Shown: positions 60,648 through 64,000 of the stretch, piece after piece | How positions within the stretch are numbered: position 1 is the stretch's first letter | How the letters are laid out: every line of letters starts with the position of its first letter | Assembly (NCBI GenBank): GCA_964411255.1 | Contig: CAYPKD010000005.1 | Location: 5,547-69,546, forward strand | From: an uncultured Gammaproteobacteria bacterium | Lineage (GTDB): Bacteria; Patescibacteriota; Patescibacteriia; UBA11705; DATKZF01 | Direction: 5' to 3' | DNA length: 64,000 nt | Notes under the pieces: model-generated | What the model was told of the DNA's origin: nothing | The model's input: only the letters and a program-made list of their open reading frames with translations | Database searches by the model: none | Position numbers and translations under genes: made by a program

Positions 60648-61544
60648 TTATTTGTAAAGGGATCTTTTATATTCATCTAAAACATCTTTTATAAGGCTAT
60701 GGATGATTGTTTTTACAACTTGCTCTTGTTCTCCTTTTTTCCCATAACCAATGAATTTTTTAATTTCAAATTTTTTTGTCCCACCTCCAGAGAATTTTTT
60801 TATATTTATTTTTAAAAATTGTTCAGCCAGAGTTTGTAGTTCTTCTCTTATTTGGGGAATTTTTTGGTCTGCCAATTCTCTTAATTTTGCTTCGAGTATT
60901 GCCTTTAGTCCGATTTTAGTCAGATTTCTGATAATTGCTGGATCCTGATATAAAAATAAGGATTGGTTATCAAAAAAAAGTTCAGCCTGCTCAAGATCCT
61001 GAAATTGAGATGCTTTGCTGAATAGTTTAGTATAGTGATTTTCTTCTAATTTTTGTGTAATGAATTCTGCGATTTGTTCATTATTTGTATAATCTAAATT
61101 TTCTAGGTCTTCTTCGTCATTAGGCTCTATTAATCTTCCAGTAAAATACATTGGATAAGCTCCTTTCATTGCAGTGTACCATCTTGTAGTATCATATGAA
61201 TTATCTTCTTTGAGGTGAATAAAAAACACAACTTCATCATCTGAACCTTTGAATCGTTTACCTTCTTTTTCCTCACTCGATTGGACAAACTCTGGGTTTA
61301 GTCTAATTGAAAAGCGAAGTACTTTGCTATGAGTTTTTTTCGTACTATATGGCAAATTTGCTTGATCAAGTTTTTTTTGGAGCAATTTATTTATTTCCTT
61401 ACTTCTTTCTGCCAGTTCTTTTATTCTTTTTTCATGTTTCGAACCATAATCAACAACAATCTGCTCATGTTTTCGCCATCGAAGTTTTTCAGTTGGCTTT
61501 AATGATTTTTGGCCGAGTGATTCTTCTATTGTTGGTTTTCTCAT
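60648..61544 (-). CDS. hypothetical protein
   Basis: 298-aa ORF with no recognised motif. Confidence 0.45.
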   Translation of the reverse strand: MRKPTIEESLGQKSLKPTEKLRWRKHEQIVVDYGSKHEKRIKELAERSKEINKLLQKKLDQANLPYSTKKTHSKVLRFSIRLNPEFVQSSEEKEGKRFKGSDDEVVFFIHLKEDNSYDTTRWYTAMKGAYPMYFTGRLIEPNDEEDLENLDYTNNEQIAEFITQKLEENHYTKLFSKASQFQDLEQAELFFDNQSLFLYQDPAIIRNLTKIGLKAILEAKLRELADQKIPQIREELQTLAEQFLKINIKKFSGGGTKKFEIKKFIGYGKKGEQEQVVKTIIHSLIKDVLDEYKRSLYK

Positions 61545-61549
61545 ATTAA

Positions 61550-62491
61550 TTATGTAAGATTTTTTATAAAATTATTTAAATTTTCCTTTAAATCAATTTC
61601 ATATTCCATTTCATTACTCTGCAAGTCTGTGAATTTTAAATAATATGCTTGTAAAAACATGTTTTCAATTTTAACTGGTTTGATTTTTTTTGATTTGTAT
61701 AAAGGATCGCCGACTACTGGATTGCCCAGAGCAAAAAAGTGAACTCTGATTTGATGAGTGCGGCCGGATTTTGGCATTACATCTACAAATGAAAATTTTT
61801 TAAATTCTTTAATAACATCATACTGGGTTAAAGCTTCTTTTCCCCGACGTGAATTAAACGGGTGAGCAGCCAGCGCACCAGTTTGCGAGCTTCTGCCAAT
61901 TCGAAATGATATTGAATCTTCTTTTGTGTCTAAGTGCCCGTAAACCAATGCATAGTATTTTTTTTCAATCAATCTTTTTTTAAATTGAGATTTGAGATGC
62001 TCAAACATGTCCTGAGTTTTTGGGATTATCATCAGGCCTGACGTTTCTTTATCTAATCGATGAACAATTGCTGGTCTTTGCGGATCTTCACCTATTTTTT
62101 TTAGTTCTGGATATTTTTTTATCAGCCAATGTACTAATGTATTTGGTTCATTTTTATCAGTTGGATGAACTAAAACATTTGCTGGCTTATTGATAATTAA
62201 ATACTTATCTTTATCATCAATTACTTTAATTTGTTTTAAAAGTTCTTTATTTTCATCTTTTTTAAATACTCGTTTTACTTTGGAGACTGCTTTTTTTATT
62301 TTTTCTTCTTTGACAATGACAATATCTCCGGTTTTTAAAAAGTGATGAACAGTCGGCACTTTTTCATTTATTAAAACCAAGCCAGATTGAATCTGTTTTT
62401 TAATTTGGCTTCTGGTGATTTCTGGCATCATTTGAGCCAGAAATTTATCAAGTCGTGATTTATCAAATTCTTTAATAACTTTATATTTCAT
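61550..62491 (-). CDS. rluD: RluA/RluD-family 23S rRNA pseudouridine synthase
   Basis: N-terminal S4 domain (RLDKFLAQ) and catalytic HRLDKETSGLMII motif. Confidence 0.85.
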   Translation of the reverse strand: MKYKVIKEFDKSRLDKFLAQMMPEITRSQIKKQIQSGLVLINEKVPTVHHFLKTGDIVIVKEEKIKKAVSKVKRVFKKDENKELLKQIKVIDDKDKYLIINKPANVLVHPTDKNEPNTLVHWLIKKYPELKKIGEDPQRPAIVHRLDKETSGLMIIPKTQDMFEHLKSQFKKRLIEKKYYALVYGHLDTKEDSISFRIGRSSQTGALAAHPFNSRRGKEALTQYDVIKEFKKFSFVDVMPKSGRTHQIRVHFFALGNPVVGDPLYKSKKIKPVKIENMFLQAYYLKFTDLQSNEMEYEIDLKENLNNFIKNLT

Positions 62492-62549
62492 GAGTTTATT
62501 CTATCATTTTTTACCTAAACAAACAATAAAAATAGAGGAAAGGAAATAT

Positions 62550-62578
62550 TTGACAAATTAAAGCAAATATGTTAAATT
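62550..62578 (+). promoter_or_regulatory. candidate promoter TTGACA-17-TAAATT upstream of the RT gene
   Basis: Direct motif match, about 50 nt before the ATG. Confidence 0.4.
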
Positions 62579-62626
62579 GAATTACCGTGTTCTTTGAATA
62601 AAACCTCTTTGGGAAAGGGAAAAATC

Positions 62627-64000
62627 ATGCTTGATCTGAAGCGAAAAAAGCGCCGTAAGCCAAGAACTGAATTTAAGTATGAAGATTTTCGTGTTGTGAC
62701 TGAGCTTGATGTTCATCTGGCTCAGTACCTGCGGACTTTTCTTCACATTGACATTAGTCAATGGAATTTTTGCATGGATATTATCCGCCAGGGCCGGGCT
62801 TATACAACTGAGCTGCGGTCAAAAGGCAAAGGCAAAGGTACTCGAAAAATCTATAAGCCGCACAATGCGCTTAAAGTAGTGCAGCGGGCAATTAAGAACC
62901 GGATTCTAAAGCAGATCCCTGTTCATTTTGCCAGACATGGCGGGCCAGACGGCACCAGTACGATGACCAATGTGGCTCAGCATGCTGGATTTGCCAAAGC
63001 AGTTTTTTCTGTTGATCTGGTCAATGCCTATCCGTCAGTAACCCGTTATCGGGTAAAAAGAAATTTGGAAAAGCCGATTTCTTTTCTGCTAAAGCAGTTT
63101 ATGGGAGTGGAATTTTCAAAAGACGATGTTGAAAAAATGATTGAAGCAATTTGCGATTTGACATGTTACCATGATCGGGTGCAGCAGGGATTGCCATCTT
63201 CAGCAAGAATGTTGGACATTTGTTGCATGAAGCTGGATATGGACATTTTCAAGCTTCTTCATGACCAATCTTCTGCATTGCAGAAGTATCGGTATACTGC
63301 TTTTGTAGATGATCTGACAATTTCATCAAATGATGAAATTACAATTGAACTGATGCAGCAAATCATCGATACGATTGAAGCCAATGGCTTTATTCCCCAC
63401 ATAAGAAAAGATAAGACAAAGTATTTCAGCCGAAAAAGTGGTGAAGTGCCAGAGGTAACTGGCTTGGTAGTTAATGATGATGGCCGTATCACTATGGCTA
63501 AGGGAAAAGTCAACCAGATCAGGGGTACGCTTTTCAATATTTGCAAGCAAGTCAAATGGACAGAAGAAGACTTGAATAGAGTTAGGGGCCTGATCGCCTA
63601 TGTTAATATGGTTTACCCTGACAAGTTGCCCAGCAAGCTGAAAAAGATTGTTGATGCAGCGCAATTGCGAGTCAAAGCTGAACAGCTTGCCAGATTTAGC
63701 AGTTCTAAACCTGTTGAATTTTCAGCAGCGCAGGACGATGATGAAAAAGAAGTTGTCTCAGGTATTCTGTACACTGACGGCGCTTCTAAAAAGGGAATCG
63801 GAACTGTCGGAGTGGTGCTGCAAAAAGAAGGCAGAGTGGTGCGTGAGATTTCCAGTGTGATTGGCGCTGCCACAAATAATCAGGCTGAATATCAAGCCTT
63901 GATTACTGGTATGGAAGCAGCGCTTGAAGAAAATGTTACTGCTCTTGATTGTTTTTTTGACAGCAAGCTGATCTATAATCAGTTGAGCAAGAGTAATAAA
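62627..64000 (+). CDS. retron-type reverse transcriptase fused to C-terminal RNase HI domain (3'-truncated by window end)
   Basis: Open frame from ATG 62627 to the window end (not in the ORF track because there is no stop). RT domains match retron Ec86: TRKIYKPHNALKVVQRAIKNRIL (d1), FSVDLVNAYPSVT (d2), GLPSSARMLDICCMKLD (d4), YTAFVDDLTIS (d5, YxDD), and the retron-hallmark VTGLVVN after d7. It is followed by an RNase H fold with ILYTDGAS, ATNNQAEYQAL and FDSKLI (the D/E/D catalytic residues). GC is markedly higher than the flanks. Confidence 0.8.
   Translation, partial: MLDLKRKKRRKPRTEFKYEDFRVVTELDVHLAQYLRTFLHIDISQWNFCMDIIRQGRAYTTELRSKGKGKGTRKIYKPHNALKVVQRAIKNRILKQIPVHFARHGGPDGTSTMTNVAQHAGFAKAVFSVDLVNAYPSVTRYRVKRNLEKPISFLLKQFMGVEFSKDDVEKMIEAICDLTCYHDRVQQGLPSSARMLDICCMKLDMDIFKLLHDQSSALQKYRYTAFVDDLTISSNDEITIELMQQIIDTIEANGFIPHIRKDKTKYFSRKSGEVPEVTGLVVNDDGRITMAKGKVNQIRGTLFNICKQVKWTEEDLNRVRGLIAYVNMVYPDKLPSKLKKIVDAAQLRVKAEQLARFSSSKPVEFSAAQDDDEKEVVSGILYTDGASKKGIGTVGVVLQKEGRVVREISSVIGAATNNQAEYQALITGMEAALEENVTALDCFFDSKLIYNQLSKSNK

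Noticed and set aside
62627-64000. Diversity-generating retroelement (DGR) RT paired with the Avd-like gene at 42.2-42.6 kb
   Set aside because: The RT lacks the DGR-specific motif-4 signature (I/VGxxxSQ) and instead shows retron hallmarks (VTG motif). The Avd-like gene is 20 kb away and inactivated. No template/variable repeat pair was seen.
1-64000. CRISPR arrays, tRNA or rRNA genes
   Set aside because: No regularly spaced direct repeats with unique spacers were found. No tRNA-like T-arm/acceptor signatures were found, and no rRNA-like conserved blocks.

Overview
AT-rich (roughly one-third GC) bacterial chromosomal segment. The segment is densely packed with housekeeping genes: rpoC (3' part), ftsH, infB, trxA, trxB, gdh, rnhB, leuS, purA, trpS, rnj, secG, a porGDA-[insert]-porB operon, uvrA, rplS, gmk, cca and rluD. 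It also carries a cluster of three GT4 glycosyltransferases next to a DUF4012-like protein and a WbaP-like sugar transferase, plus a bacterial RNase P RNA with large insertions. Short intergenic spacers, weak or absent Shine-Dalgarno sequences, Lys/Arg-rich tails on surface proteins and the DUF4012/GT4 content are compatible with a reduced-genome Patescibacteria (CPR)-like organism; this is inference only. Several things stand out against this background. (1) At the right edge (62627 to the window end) sits a GC-richer gene for a retron-type reverse transcriptase (domains 1-7, VTG motif after domain 7) fused to a C-terminal RNase HI domain; its msr/msd ncRNA and any effector are not visible in the window. 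(2) A decayed four-helix-bundle (Avd / 23S-IVS-protein family) gene is bracketed by about 37-bp inverted repeats built from GGTAGAT units; the same unit clusters occur elsewhere. (3) A roughly 90-110 bp MITE-like or leader element with AAACAGATCAAC...GTTGATCCGTTT termini is present three times; two copies abut the start codons of gdh and leuS. (4) A 2.5-kb gene for a Cys-rich surface protein is inserted between porA and porB behind a TTACGGA/TCCGTAA palindromic array. (5) There are several GC-rich islets encoding small Zn-ribbon or basic proteins. The largest is at 33.35-35.6 kb and encodes a DHH-like protein and an Arg-rich C2CH protein. (6) Structured non-coding candidates include an elaborate cloverleaf-like element after leuS and a terminator-bounded sRNA candidate at about 32.2-32.4 kb. 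(7) There are two pseudogenes: a frameshifted methyltransferase and the four-helix-bundle gene. No CRISPR array, tRNA or rRNA gene was recognised. All homology statements rest on motif recognition by eye; no database searches were run.
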